This document shows positions 21,535-32,316 of a stretch of 64,000 nucleotides of DNA, one piece after another; within the stretch, counting starts at the first letter, position 1, and the number at the start of each line of letters is the position of its first letter. The DNA comes from an uncultured cyanobacterium (GTDB lineage Bacteria; Cyanobacteriota; Cyanobacteriia; Cyanobacteriales; Cyanobacteriaceae), in contig CAVVOP010000022.1 in the NCBI GenBank assembly GCA_963749915.1, positions 448,001 through 512,000 of the forward strand, given 5' to 3'. A program made the position numbers and the translations under genes. Below the pieces are notes generated by a model. It was given only the letters and a program-made list of their open reading frames with translations. It had not been told where the DNA came from and did not search any database.

Positions 21535-21588
21535 GGGCCCATGTATCCCGACGCCGACCTTTGGTACAGCACGGGACTTATGGCCCCC
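21535..21588. other. GC-rich imperfect long hairpin downstream of ycf3
   Basis: gggccc-at-..-tcccg-..-acc ttt ggt-..-cggga-..-at-ggcccc. Confidence 0.55.
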
Positions 21589-21631
21589 TAAGACCCCCGT
21601 AAGTTAAGTATTTATTAATTCACCAATTAAC

Positions 21632-22153
21632 TTAGAAAAATATATCCATTTCAGATCTGCCAGTTGTTTTGAGCCAATTTTGAGCCTCTAAGTAACTATT
21701 AGGGGAAATTCTGATGGCTTGTTTCCAATATTCTGCCGCTTTATCAAATAACCTTTCGGCTTCGTCTTCTTCTGCCTCTTGTTTACATTTTTCTCCCTGG
21801 TGGTGATAAATCACGGCAATATTATTTAAAACCGAAGGTTTACGGGGATTTAACTCCAAGGATTGATGGTAATAGTCTAAGGCTTCTTCCAGCTTCCCAT
21901 TACTAGCGTGAATTAACCCTATATTATATAAAATTTCACTGCGATCGTTAGAATCTTCTTCCAGTTTGAGTGCTTCGTAATAGTTATCTAAGGCTTCGGC
22001 GTATTCACCCTCGGCTTGGGCGGACATCCCATCACGGTAATAGACAAAAGCCTCTTTCGATTTAGCGTCGATAGGTAAAACTTTAAGAATAATATCCGCC
22101 ATGACGGTAAAAGTTTTATCAATAAAATTATCGTTTCTTTGAGATCTGGGCAT
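21632..22153 (-). CDS. ycf3: Photosystem I assembly TPR protein Ycf3
   Basis: [20 protein letters not shown]..., [28 protein letters not shown]. Confidence 0.98.
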   Translation of the reverse strand: MPRSQRNDNFIDKTFTVMADIILKVLPIDAKSKEAFVYYRDGMSAQAEGEYAEALDNYYEALKLEEDSNDRSEILYNIGLIHASNGKLEEALDYYHQSLELNPRKPSVLNNIAVIYHHQGEKCKQEAEEDEAERLFDKAAEYWKQAIRISPNSYLEAQNWLKTTGRSEMDIFF

Positions 22154-22255
22154 ATTAAATTAATAATTGACAATGAACAATTTATAATGAAAAAAGACAA
22201 CAAGCAATACCTAATTACCTATTACCTATTACCGATTACTTCTCCGAAGTTTAGA

Positions 22256-22840
22256 TTATGATTTGGGTGCACGGGTAACAACTTGGTCAATTAAACCATA
22301 ATCCCTAGCCTCTTCCGCTGACATAAAGAAATCCCTTTCGGTATCTTCTTCTATTTTTTCGAGAGTTTGCCCTGTATGAGAGGCCATATAAGTATTAAGT
22401 TGTTTTTTCAGATAAAGAATCTCTCTGGCTTGAATTTCAATATCTGTAGCCTGTCCTTGGGCACCACCTAAAGGTTGATGGATCATAATTCTGGAGTTAG
22501 GTAAACTCATTCTTTTACCCTTCGCACCGGCAGTTAATAAAAATGCACCCATACTGGCGGCTAAACCGACACAAATAGTACAGACATCCGGTTTAACTTG
22601 ATTCATGGTGTCAAAGATACCCAACCCCGCAGAGACTGAACCACCGGGGGAGTTAATATAAAGATAAATATCTTTTTCGGGATCTTCTGCTTCTAATAAT
22701 AATAGTTGTGCTACCAAAGAATTCGCTAATTCATCAGTAACTTGTTGTCCTAAAAAAACTATTCTTTCTCTAAGTAAACGAGAGTAAATGTCGAAGGCAC
22801 GTTCACCACGACCCGAAGTTTCAATAACAGTTGGTACCAT
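22256..22840 (-). CDS. clpP: ATP-dependent Clp protease proteolytic subunit
   Basis: [40 protein letters not shown]. Confidence 0.97.
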   Translation of the reverse strand: MVPTVIETSGRGERAFDIYSRLLRERIVFLGQQVTDELANSLVAQLLLLEAEDPEKDIYLYINSPGGSVSAGLGIFDTMNQVKPDVCTICVGLAASMGAFLLTAGAKGKRMSLPNSRIMIHQPLGGAQGQATDIEIQAREILYLKKQLNTYMASHTGQTLEKIEEDTERDFFMSAEEARDYGLIDQVVTRAPKS

Positions 22841-22966
22841 TCAGTTAATCTCAATTATCTTTACTATTGTTGATAATAAGGAAAAGAGATAATCAAACCA
22901 TAAAAATAGACTTATTAGCTTAATTAACTCCCATTTCCTCTTTTTTTGATAGTTTTTTACTCAAAT

Positions 22967-23695
22967 TTAGTCACGACTATTAATAGCAATCAATAATCTG
23001 AGAATAAAAACAAATAGGTTAATGTAAGTCAGGTACATGGAAAGGGCAGCACATAAATACTGATTATCACTATAAGCACGAGGTAAGAGATAAAAATCAA
23101 CTACTGATGCACCAGCAAATAAAAATACACCCAAACCGGAGATCCCGATTTCTAACCATGTGGGGGTAAAAACGCCGAAAAAGCTCAAAACCAATTGCAA
23201 TACAATAACTACAAAAAGAGCAATTATGCCTAATTGTACCGTTTTCGTCAAGGCTAATCCGTCTTCATCCCCCAGATTTGAGCCAATATTTCTCGCCACA
23301 ATAAAAGTGATGCCACAACCTAAAGCGGCGATCGCAACCCCATTAAGTCCTACACCTTCAGTCCCCAGAGCGACATAAACAATGCCACTGAGAGTATAAC
23401 CAGTTAAAAGACTATACAAGACTAAAAGGGGTAAGGCCGTGCTGGTATTTGCTTTTTCAGCAATACCTCTAACTACAAAGAAGAGAACTAATTGAGCAAT
23501 CATCGCCCCGAAAAAAGTAGGCATAAATAAAGCCGGATTTGATTGAATCATGCCCAAACCGCCATAAGTGCCAACCGCAGTTAAGACTAGGCCACCGCCA
23601 AGATAAGGTAATGCTTTATTGATCACATTAGGACCAACTAAAGATTGACCTTTCGCTTTTTTAATCGCATCACGAAAATTACTTGTTGTTGCCAT
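22967..23695 (-). CDS. Bax inhibitor-1/YccA family membrane protein
   Basis: Seven hydrophobic segments; C-terminal AALSMYLTYINLF..ILRLL. Confidence 0.85.
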   Translation of the reverse strand: MATTSNFRDAIKKAKGQSLVGPNVINKALPYLGGGLVLTAVGTYGGLGMIQSNPALFMPTFFGAMIAQLVLFFVVRGIAEKANTSTALPLLVLYSLLTGYTLSGIVYVALGTEGVGLNGVAIAALGCGITFIVARNIGSNLGDEDGLALTKTVQLGIIALFVVIVLQLVLSFFGVFTPTWLEIGISGLGVFLFAGASVVDFYLLPRAYSDNQYLCAALSMYLTYINLFVFILRLLIAINSRD

Positions 23696-23987
23696 AGGAT
23701 TAAAAAAAATCTAATTATTGAACTATTCTTTTTGAACTAGGAAAAAATCTATCTACTTCAATATAAACTTTTCCTTCCTGTTCTGCTTTATATTTAAGTA
23801 TAGTGCAAAACATTCCCCAACCTCCTTGTTAAATACCTTTTGCTAAATATTGACGGCGATGCCATGGGAAGTCAAATGGCGAATGGGGTTTGCGTTTTTT
23901 TTTGCCCAGTGTATAGGCAACACCACTTTCGGTAGTGTTCAGAGCCAAGGCTGGCAAGAGTCCAGCTCAGTTAACACTTAGTGAACA

Positions 23988-24539
23988 CTACCCAATTGTG
24001 TTCACTGAAATTCCTTCTACCTCTCCGTTGAGATGGACAAAATAAAGTTCTATTTCTAAATTAGGATAACCCTTGGCGATCGCCTCATAAGCCTGATGTA
24101 AATATTGACGATGGATATTTATTTCTTCTAGCGGATTTTGGCTTAATTGAAGATCCATTTTACGGGCATAAGCACCACAATCTTGATGATCTAAAATAAT
24201 TACTTTTTCGATGTTATGTAACTGAGAAGATAACTGTAATTGTTCCCAAAAAACTTCTGTATCGGCATGGCTAGGAAAATCGGCTAAAGCAAGAGATGCA
24301 CCGGCTAAACTTAACCAATCATATTGATGATCTAATTTTTGACTTTTTAAAAAATCTTGCTCAAAATCGACAAAACGAAAATCAATACAAGTTAATACTA
24401 GGGCTTTAGTTTTATGTTCAGCATTGGCTATTCTAGTGGAATCTAACCAAAAAGATAAACCGAGACTTCCTGTTAATAAAAGTTTTAAAAAATTACGCCG
24501 TTGACAATGATAAATATCAACATTTTTTTGGGAATACAT
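23988..24539 (-). CDS. Beta-carbonic anhydrase-like protein with Tat-type signal
   Basis: RRNFLK twin-arginine motif; Zn ligand motifs CIDFR and HQDCGAY. Confidence 0.8.
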   Translation of the reverse strand: MYSQKNVDIYHCQRRNFLKLLLTGSLGLSFWLDSTRIANAEHKTKALVLTCIDFRFVDFEQDFLKSQKLDHQYDWLSLAGASLALADFPSHADTEVFWEQLQLSSQLHNIEKVIILDHQDCGAYARKMDLQLSQNPLEEINIHRQYLHQAYEAIAKGYPNLEIELYFVHLNGEVEGISVNTIG

Positions 24540-24617
24540 TATATTGTGTGTTGAATTTTATAATTTATTGACCTATTTTTAAAAACTAACTATATGTCAA
24601 GCCATCGATGGGAATAT

Positions 24618-24848
24618 CTAAGGTTTAAGAAAAAACATTTTTATTGTGCCTAAAATTATCCCTAGGACAATACCAGCAAAAATACTTCCATTAAAAAATT
24701 CCACATTCTCTAGTCTTTTACTAATCCCTTTTTGCCCTTCATCTAATTTACCTACAGTCACTTTAAGCTCATTTATGTCATTGGAAACACTGACTTTAAG
24801 CTCATTTAAAAATCCTTTTAAGTATTTAAAGATATTTGTTAGGAGTAG
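24618..24848 (-). pseudogene. Start-less coiled-coil + C-terminal transmembrane protein fragment
   Basis: Open frame ...YLKGFLNELKVSVSNDINELKVTVGKLDEGQKGISKRLENVEFFNGSIFAGIVLGIILGTIKMFFLKP* with in-frame TAA upstream and no 5' start codon. Confidence 0.55.
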
Positions 24849-25172
24849 TTAACACCTATTCTACCGAATAATTCCCTAGGATCTAAATATATCTTTTACT
24901 TCTGTTTGTAAACCTGTTAACGCAGTTTTGATTGCTCAATCTCGGATGAAAACAGGCAACCCTAAAGAAGGTAACGGTTAGGTGTCACCACGTTACGTCG
25001 TGCACCCATGCCCCAACGGCTCATCCAATCCCCCATTATATCTTATCCCATTTTCCTTCTCATTAATTAACATATATTAACTATGGATTAGTGTGCATTT
25101 GACTGATAAGATAACAAACAATAGAAAAATTACTGATATAAGTAAAATTTAGTTTCAACTATAGAGGAAAAT

Positions 25173-26180
25173 ATGACTCAAGATAGAGTAGTTATTATTG
25201 GGGTTGCGGGTGACTCTGGTTGTGGTAAATCAACTTTTTTACGTCGCTTAGAAGATTTGTTTGGTAAAGAATTTATGACGGTGATCTGTCTCGATGACTA
25301 CCATAGTCTCGATCGCAAAGGCAGAAAAAAAGCTGGTGTGACCGCCCTAGATCCTCGTGCCAACAATTTCGACTTAATGGCGGAACAAGTCAAGGCTTTA
25401 AAAAATGGTCAAGCGATTGATAAACCGATTTATAATCACGAAACTGGAGAACTCGATCCCCCTGAAAGAATCCAAGCAAACAAGGTAATCGTTATTGAGG
25501 GTTTACATCCTCTCTATGATGAAAGAGTTAGAGAATTGGTTGACTTTAGTGTTTATCTCGACATCAGCGAAGAAGTAAAAATTCAGTGGAAAATTCAGCG
25601 TGATATGGCAGAAAGAGGTCATAGTTACGATGACGTAGTGGCTTCCATCATGGCAAGAAAACCTGATTTCACCGCTTATATTGAACCTCAAAAACAATAT
25701 GCAGACATCGTTATTCAAGTCTTACCTACTCAATTAATTGAAGACAAAAAAGGTAAAATTTTACGAGTTCGTCTCATCGAAAAAGAAGGGATTGACCATT
25801 TTGAGCCTACTTACCTCTTTGACGAAGGTTCAACTATTGATTGGCGACCTTGTGGACGTAAACTTACCTGTGCTTTCCCCGGTCTGAAAATGTACTATGG
25901 ACCCGATAACTATATGGGTAATGAAGTTTCTATCCTTGAAATTGATGGTCAATTCGATAACCTAGAAGAAATTATTTATGTTGAAAGTCACTTAAGCCGC
26001 ACTGGTACCAAGTACTACGGTGAAATGACTGAGTTGCTACTTAAACATAAAGATTACCCCGGATCTAATAATGGTACTGGTTTATTCCAAGTTTTAGTTG
26101 GTTTAAAAATGCGTGAAACTTACGAACAGTTGACTGGTGTTCCGGCCAATTTCGAAGAAAAAGAAGTAGTAACTGTATAG
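25173..26180 (+). CDS. prk: Phosphoribulokinase
   Basis: GVAGDSGCGKSTF, CLDDYHSLDR, KPIYNHETG, KIQRDMAERG. Confidence 0.98.
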   Translation: MTQDRVVIIGVAGDSGCGKSTFLRRLEDLFGKEFMTVICLDDYHSLDRKGRKKAGVTALDPRANNFDLMAEQVKALKNGQAIDKPIYNHETGELDPPERIQANKVIVIEGLHPLYDERVRELVDFSVYLDISEEVKIQWKIQRDMAERGHSYDDVVASIMARKPDFTAYIEPQKQYADIVIQVLPTQLIEDKKGKILRVRLIEKEGIDHFEPTYLFDEGSTIDWRPCGRKLTCAFPGLKMYYGPDNYMGNEVSILEIDGQFDNLEEIIYVESHLSRTGTKYYGEMTELLLKHKDYPGSNNGTGLFQVLVGLKMRETYEQLTGVPANFEEKEVVTV

Positions 26181-26294
26181 TTAATCACTTTTTAGTTTTA
26201 AAGACTGTGGTTAATTTTTGTAATTAGTCACGGTCATTTTTCATGGAGAAATTTATAATAGAGGTGATAATGATTAAATTGTAGGGGTTTATTT

Positions 26295-27284
26295 ATGTCC
26301 CTTTTTACCCTCAAAGACAATCCTGTTGCTCTCGCCGATTATACTTATAATGAGATCGCTAAACAAGCAAATAAAATTGTTAAGTATGAGAAGAAGACAT
26401 TAACAGAAGATGATCCCGAAAATTTGCATCAATTAAGAGTAGGGATGAGAAGATTAAGGAGTGTTTTAAGTGTTTTTAATTTGACCTTAAAAATCCCCTC
26501 AATTATTAATGATAAAAACATTGCTGATATTGCTAGAATTTTAGGTCAACAAAGAGATTTAGATATTTTAAAAATTAATTTAGAAGGTAAATTCAGTCAA
26601 GAAATTTTGAATATTGAAACTAAGCTTATTCAAAAAATTATTGCCGATATTAGTCAACCATCGTCCCAAGAAATAAAGAAAACTAAGTTAATTTTAACGA
26701 CTAAAAAATATCAAAAACTAAAACAGTCTCTCTTAAATTGGCTAGAAAAACCTCAATTTCAAGGGATTGCCAGTTTAAAAATTGAGCCAACGTTACCGTT
26801 TTTATTATTTCCTCAAATTAGTAGTTTTTGCCTACAATCTGGTTGGTTAATTGGAACAAAAATCAACGAAAATGGAGATGCTATTGTCAAAAAAAACTTA
26901 ACTGAGGAAGATATCTATTTATTGATTAATGAGGAAGGAAAAAGTTTACATCAATTAAGAAAACAAGCAAAGAAAACTCGGTATCAACTGGAATTATTTA
27001 CTAGTTTTTATCCCCCAGAATATCAAGAATATATAACTTTAGTAGAAGGAATACAAGAAGTCTTAGGAACTATTCAGGATAACATTTGTTTGGAAAATTA
27101 TTTAACAGACAAAATTGGTAAAAAATGGTCAACAAAATTACCAAATTTACATCATTTAATTATAAAAGACCAATCAAGTAAATGGCGAGAATGGCAACAG
27201 TTGCAGATAAAATTTTTAGATAATAATTATCGTAGTAAGTTTATTTCAACCATTAATTTTCTCCCATCACTATTAGAAAACTAA
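26295..27284 (+). CDS. CHAD domain protein
   Basis: LHQLRVGMRRLRS, LG..RDLD, LHQLRKQAKKTRYQLE, QEVLG.IQD. Confidence 0.9.
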   Translation: MSLFTLKDNPVALADYTYNEIAKQANKIVKYEKKTLTEDDPENLHQLRVGMRRLRSVLSVFNLTLKIPSIINDKNIADIARILGQQRDLDILKINLEGKFSQEILNIETKLIQKIIADISQPSSQEIKKTKLILTTKKYQKLKQSLLNWLEKPQFQGIASLKIEPTLPFLLFPQISSFCLQSGWLIGTKINENGDAIVKKNLTEEDIYLLINEEGKSLHQLRKQAKKTRYQLELFTSFYPPEYQEYITLVEGIQEVLGTIQDNICLENYLTDKIGKKWSTKLPNLHHLIIKDQSSKWREWQQLQIKFLDNNYRSKFISTINFLPSLLEN

Positions 27285-27411
27285 AATTCCGGACTCACCT
27301 TAGATATATTTTTCTGAAAAAAATTTTTTGCAAAAATTCAGCTATTTTCAAGGAAAGTTCGTTAAATTTAAGAATAATGATTAATAGAGTCAACGATTAT
27401 AAATAATATTT

Positions 27412-28086
27412 ATGACACCAGAACAATTTAGCCTCTTAATTCATCCTTTTCTGGCGGTGGTTAGTGTTTTTCCTTTAGTGGGCATCGTCTCTTATTTTGC
27501 CTGGGAAACTCGTCAAAGAAGATTACAAGTAAAAATAGGAGATAAAAGCAAAATTGCACCTTCAGTGGGCAAAACCCATGTCAGTATGGGCAAATTATTA
27601 TCAACGGCGGTAGTTATCGTTACATTAATAGGATTAGCACAACCTATTATTACTAAAAATATTCTTAAAGAACAACTTTGGCAAACAAATTTTTTGCAAT
27701 TTATCTTCTTAGTTTTAATGTTCATTTTTACTCTCGCTTCTTTTCTCTTATTATTCCGTGCTAGAGTTAAATTATGGCGAGGAATTTTTGCGACTCTAAG
27801 CGGTATGGGAGTAGTAATTTTAGGTTGTCAAGATGGTATTTTTCGCCGTAGTAGTGAGTGGTTTTGGTCACACTATTATTACGGGGTGATTGTATGTTTG
27901 TTAATGATTTTCTCTGTGGCTATTATGGATGATATTTACCGAGATAAATCCCATAAATGGCGTAATATTCACATTTTTCTTAACTGTTTGGCGTTATTAT
28001 TATTTGTCGGACAAGCAATAACAGGATCAAGAGATTTATTCGAAATAGGATTATGGACTCCTCCTCCTGCACTGATTCTTTTTTAA
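27412..28086 (+). CDS. DUF4079-like membrane protein
   Basis: Multiple TM segments with conserved His residues (IHP, HV.MG, SHYYYG, HI.LN) and ITG.RDL. Confidence 0.75.
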   Translation: MTPEQFSLLIHPFLAVVSVFPLVGIVSYFAWETRQRRLQVKIGDKSKIAPSVGKTHVSMGKLLSTAVVIVTLIGLAQPIITKNILKEQLWQTNFLQFIFLVLMFIFTLASFLLLFRARVKLWRGIFATLSGMGVVILGCQDGIFRRSSEWFWSHYYYGVIVCLLMIFSVAIMDDIYRDKSHKWRNIHIFLNCLALLLFVGQAITGSRDLFEIGLWTPPPALILF

Positions 28087-28149
28087 AGGGAGGAACAAAA
28101 TTGGCCCATTAAAGCCCAAAATTCTATCTATTAACTTATGAAACCAATA

Positions 28150-28180
28150 TTACCCACTTTGTTACAGATAGTGGGTAAAT
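28150..28180. terminator. Hairpin between convergent DUF4079 and acs genes
   Basis: ttacccact...agtgggtaa inverted repeat. Confidence 0.55.
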
Positions 28181-28192
28181 TACTAATTAAAT

Positions 28193-30166
28193 TTATGCTC
28201 CTTCTCTTAGTTTATCTAAGACGCTACGATCTTCTAAAGTAGAGGTATCTCCCGCGATTTCCTGTCCAGAAGCAAGACTACGCAATAATCGACGCATAAT
28301 TTTGCCTGATCGAGTTTTGGGCATTCCCTCAGTAAATCTGATCTCTCCCGGACGGGCGATCGCACCTATTTCTTGGACAACATGTTGTTTAAGTTTATTT
28401 GATAACTCGTCGCTAGGTTGATAATCTCCCTCAAGGGTAACAAAGGCAAAAATTTCTTCCCCTTTAACTTCGTCAGGTTTACCCACAACAGCGGCTTCGG
28501 CAACAGCAGGATGAGAAACCAGAGCAGATTCCACTTCCATTGTACCTAAACGGTGTCCTGAAACGTTGATGACATCGTCCACACGCCCCATCACCCAGAA
28601 ATAGCCGTCTTTGTCTTTCCTTGCACCATCCCCCGCAAAGTATAGGAATTGTCCATCTTTAGGTGTAATGTGTTCCCAATAAGTATTCCGGAAGCGAGCG
28701 GGATCACCATACACTGTACGTATCATGCCGGGCCAAGGGTATTTGATTACTAAATAACCTCCCTCATTATCCTCCACAGAATTACCGTCTAAATCCACAA
28801 CATCCGCCATGATACCGGGGAAAGGATGAGTTGCCGAACCGGGTTTCGTCGGAGTTGCACCGGGTAAGGGAGTAATCATTACACCTCCTGTTTCCGTTTG
28901 CCACCATGTATCGACGATAGGACATTTTTCCTTGCCAATTACTTTGTGATACCATATCCAAGCCTCTGGGTTAATGGGTTCGCCCACGGTGCCTAATAAT
29001 CGTAAAGAAGATAAATCACGGGCATTGGGGTGATGTTCTCCCATTTTGATGAAGGCACGGATGGCAGTGGGGGCGGTATAAAATATATTTACGCCGTATT
29101 TCTCGATCACATCCCAAAAACAACCCGGATTAGACGGACGAGGGACACCCTCATACATAAGCGTAGTAGCACCATTGGAAAGAGGTCCATAAACGATATA
29201 ACTGTGTCCCGTAATCCAACCCACATCAGCAGTACACCAATAAACATCATCGTCACGCAAGTCAAAAATCCACTTAGTGGTCATGTGAGAGTAAAGGTTA
29301 TAACCCCCCGTTGTATGGACTACTCCCTTGGGTTTTCCCGTACTTCCGCTTGTGTAAAGAACAAATAACATATCTTCACTGTCCATTATTTCGGGAGGGC
29401 AATGGGCGGAAACTTCTGTTTGTAGGACATGCCACCAGTGATCCCTTCCTGGTTTCATGGGTATCTTTTCTTTGGTGCGTTGTACTACTAGGACATTTTC
29501 CAGACTAGGCACTTGATTATCGGCGATCGCTAGATCTACTTGTTCTTTTAGTGCGATTACTTTATCTTTACGAAAACCACCATCGGCGGTGATCACTAAT
29601 TTAGCTTCAGCGGAGTTAAGTCTATCTCTCAAGGCTTCGGCACTGAATCCCCCAAAGACTACACTATGTGCCGCCCCAATTCTGGCACAGGCTAACATGG
29701 CGATGGCAGCTTCGGGTATCATGGGCAGATAAATTCCCACTAAATCGCCTTTTTTGACTCCTAAGTGCTTGATGACGTTGGCAAACTGACAGACTTCTCG
29801 ATGGAGTTGGGCATAGGTTAAGGTACGAGAATCGCCGGGTTCACCTTCCCAAATAATAGCAGCTTTGTTGCGACGACCAGTCGTTAAATGGCGATCGAGA
29901 CAATTATAAGAAATATTTATCTTTCCGTTGACGAACCATTTCCCAAAAGGAGGGTTACTCCAATCAAGGACTTGATCCCATTTTTTAAACCAATTTAGTT
30001 CTTTTTCTGCTAAATCTGCCCAAAAAGCGACAGGATCTTCGATTGATCTTTGGTATAATGCTTGGTACTCTGCCCAACTTTTAATTTGTGCTTTTTCGGC
30101 AAATTCTTGAGGAGGTGTAAAAGTACGTTTTTCTTTAAGGATTGATTCTATATTAGGTTGAGACAT
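28193..30166 (-). CDS. acs: Acetyl-CoA synthetase
   Basis: [46 protein letters not shown]. Confidence 0.98.
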   Translation of the reverse strand: MSQPNIESILKEKRTFTPPQEFAEKAQIKSWAEYQALYQRSIEDPVAFWADLAEKELNWFKKWDQVLDWSNPPFGKWFVNGKINISYNCLDRHLTTGRRNKAAIIWEGEPGDSRTLTYAQLHREVCQFANVIKHLGVKKGDLVGIYLPMIPEAAIAMLACARIGAAHSVVFGGFSAEALRDRLNSAEAKLVITADGGFRKDKVIALKEQVDLAIADNQVPSLENVLVVQRTKEKIPMKPGRDHWWHVLQTEVSAHCPPEIMDSEDMLFVLYTSGSTGKPKGVVHTTGGYNLYSHMTTKWIFDLRDDDVYWCTADVGWITGHSYIVYGPLSNGATTLMYEGVPRPSNPGCFWDVIEKYGVNIFYTAPTAIRAFIKMGEHHPNARDLSSLRLLGTVGEPINPEAWIWYHKVIGKEKCPIVDTWWQTETGGVMITPLPGATPTKPGSATHPFPGIMADVVDLDGNSVEDNEGGYLVIKYPWPGMIRTVYGDPARFRNTYWEHITPKDGQFLYFAGDGARKDKDGYFWVMGRVDDVINVSGHRLGTMEVESALVSHPAVAEAAVVGKPDEVKGEEIFAFVTLEGDYQPSDELSNKLKQHVVQEIGAIARPGEIRFTEGMPKTRSGKIMRRLLRSLASGQEIAGDTSTLEDRSVLDKLREGA

Positions 30167-30268
30167 AGATAATTTATACTGATGCTAAATGATGCTCAAA
30201 ATTACACCTTAACTTATTTTGAGGTTCTCAACTGTTAAATTTTATGTAAGGAAAAAACAATTGCTGCT

Positions 30269-30571
30269 ATGAAAAAAATACATATTGCTTTATCAACTCA
30301 TAATCTCGAAGATAGTATTCAGGAATATACTCAACGTTTATCAGTAAAACCAACGGTAATTATAGAAAAAGAATATGCTTTATGGAAAACAGACACAGTG
30401 AATTTTTCCGTCAGACAAGATACAAATTATCCGGCAGGTAGTTTAAGACATTTAGGCTGGGAAAACTCCGAAGCTAAAGAATTTACTCAAGACATTGACG
30501 TTAACGGTATTATATGGGAAAGGTTTAATGAGCAACATCAATTAGATGAAATTAAGGAATTATGCGAATAA
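30269..30571 (+). CDS. Small VOC/glyoxalase-like protein
   Basis: KIHIALS, LRHLGWE, DVNGIIWE resemble VOC-fold motifs. Confidence 0.55.
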   Translation: MKKIHIALSTHNLEDSIQEYTQRLSVKPTVIIEKEYALWKTDTVNFSVRQDTNYPAGSLRHLGWENSEAKEFTQDIDVNGIIWERFNEQHQLDEIKELCE

Positions 30572-31707
30572 TTTTTATTTATGATTGCGTATATCCTGAC
30601 TCTTTAGGAGGAGTAGAATTTCGGAATTATCAACTAGCAAAATTTTTAAGAGAAAAAGGACATCATATAACATTAGCAGGTTGGGTAAGGGACAAAAAAC
30701 ATCCTTTAAATGTGGACATCATACCATTACCTTTGGCTAAAAATTTATATAATAAGAAAGGTCAAAGAACTACCTTGACATCTCTTAAATATGCCCTAGC
30801 TGTGTTAACATTACCCTTTAATAAATTTGATATAATTTTGGTAGATAATATTCCTTATATTCATCTATTTTTACTAATTTTATGGACAAAAATAATCAGC
30901 AAAAAAGTTATTATTACTTGGCATGAATATTGGGGAAAATATTGGCAACCTTATATTAAAAATTGGACTTGGTTTATTTATTATAATATTGAAATTTTAG
31001 CGGCACAGTTGGGCAACAAAGTTATTTCTGTGAGCGAATTTACGGCCGAAAAGTTAGGCAAATCTCGCCGGAAACCAGATGAAATAGAGATAGTAAGTAA
31101 CGGTATTAATCTTTCCTATATATCTTCTTTAACTCATCCTGGTATTAGTGATAAACCGCCGTTAATATATGCGGGAAGATTAATCAAAGAGAAAAGAGTT
31201 GATTTATTGTTAAAAGCCGTCGCTACTTTTACTAAAAAGTATGATTATCAAGGGGTTATTTTACAGATAATTGGTGAGGGAAATACCAGGGACGAATTAG
31301 AAAGTATGGCCCAAAAAATTGGTATTTTAGAGCAAGTTAAATTTCGAGGAAAATTAGATACTATTGAAGAAGTTTGGCAGGAAATAAGTCAAGCAAAAAT
31401 TGCAATTCAACCATCCTTAAGGGAAGGTTTCGGTATTTTTCCTCTGGAAGCGATGGCTTTAGGAATACCTGTTATTTATTGTCATAGTCAAGAAAGTGCC
31501 GTTAAAGAAATTGTTCGAGACGGTATCGAAGGCATTGCCGTTAATCCTGATGAAATTGATTTAAGTGAAGCGATCGCCCAATTATTATATAATGAGTCAG
31601 AATGGCAGAGATTGAGTAATAACGGTAAAATTCGGGCAAAATCTTTCGATTGGCAAGAAATAGCAGATAAATTGGAAAAAATCTGTTTTAATTATCTCAA
31701 AAAATAA
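30562..31707 (+). CDS. Glycosyltransferase family 4
   Basis: GGVE.R, AGRLIKEKRVD, EGFGIFPLEAMALG. Confidence 0.9.
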   Translation: MRIIFIYDCVYPDSLGGVEFRNYQLAKFLREKGHHITLAGWVRDKKHPLNVDIIPLPLAKNLYNKKGQRTTLTSLKYALAVLTLPFNKFDIILVDNIPYIHLFLLILWTKIISKKVIITWHEYWGKYWQPYIKNWTWFIYYNIEILAAQLGNKVISVSEFTAEKLGKSRRKPDEIEIVSNGINLSYISSLTHPGISDKPPLIYAGRLIKEKRVDLLLKAVATFTKKYDYQGVILQIIGEGNTRDELESMAQKIGILEQVKFRGKLDTIEEVWQEISQAKIAIQPSLREGFGIFPLEAMALGIPVIYCHSQESAVKEIVRDGIEGIAVNPDEIDLSEAIAQLLYNESEWQRLSNNGKIRAKSFDWQEIADKLEKICFNYLKK

Positions 31708-31728
31708 TCAGGTTTATAATAAATTTTT

Positions 31729-32145
31729 ATGGAAATTAACTCTCATTTTCAGGCTGTAAAAAAAACAATTTATGAGAAAAGAGAAATTGTCAAATTTAGT
31801 GTAGTTGGTGCTTTATGTTTAACCTTTAATGTAGTTATTTTATGGATTTTAACAGATAAATTTGCAGTAGAGGAAATGATGGCTACTATTATCGGTTTTT
31901 TCTTCTCCAATTTACTAGGTTTTTTCCTCAATAAATATTTTACTTTTAAGGTTACTAATACCAGTATTTTGAAAGAAATTTACAAGTACTACACTGTGAT
32001 GACATCTAGTTTTATAGCTAACTTGATCCTAATGTTTGTTCTCGTCAAAATCTTAAATATTTGGATAGTTTATGCTAGTTTATTGGTAGCAATTATATTT
32101 TATATTTACAACTATTTAATGCACAAAAATTGGAGTTTTAAATAA
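31729..32145 (+). CDS. GtrA family membrane protein
   Basis: KFSVVG, four TM segments, NKYFTF and NY...KNWSF motifs. Confidence 0.88.
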   Translation: MEINSHFQAVKKTIYEKREIVKFSVVGALCLTFNVVILWILTDKFAVEEMMATIIGFFFSNLLGFFLNKYFTFKVTNTSILKEIYKYYTVMTSSFIANLILMFVLVKILNIWIVYASLLVAIIFYIYNYLMHKNWSFK

Positions 32146-32316
32146 CCAAAGAGATCTTGATGAAAATAAGATGATAATTAATGCTTCTTGAAAAAAGATA
32201 GATTAAGTTTCAAGGAAAGAGATATAATGGAGTTTGATTTCTTTGTCCCCAAATGACAAGGGGATTTTGATGATCTGAGTTGTCAAATTTAAGCTCAATA
32301 CATTAAATAAGTACCC

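Noticed and set aside
24646..24852. 68-aa plus-strand ORF
   Set aside because: Shadow of the more protein-like minus-strand frame
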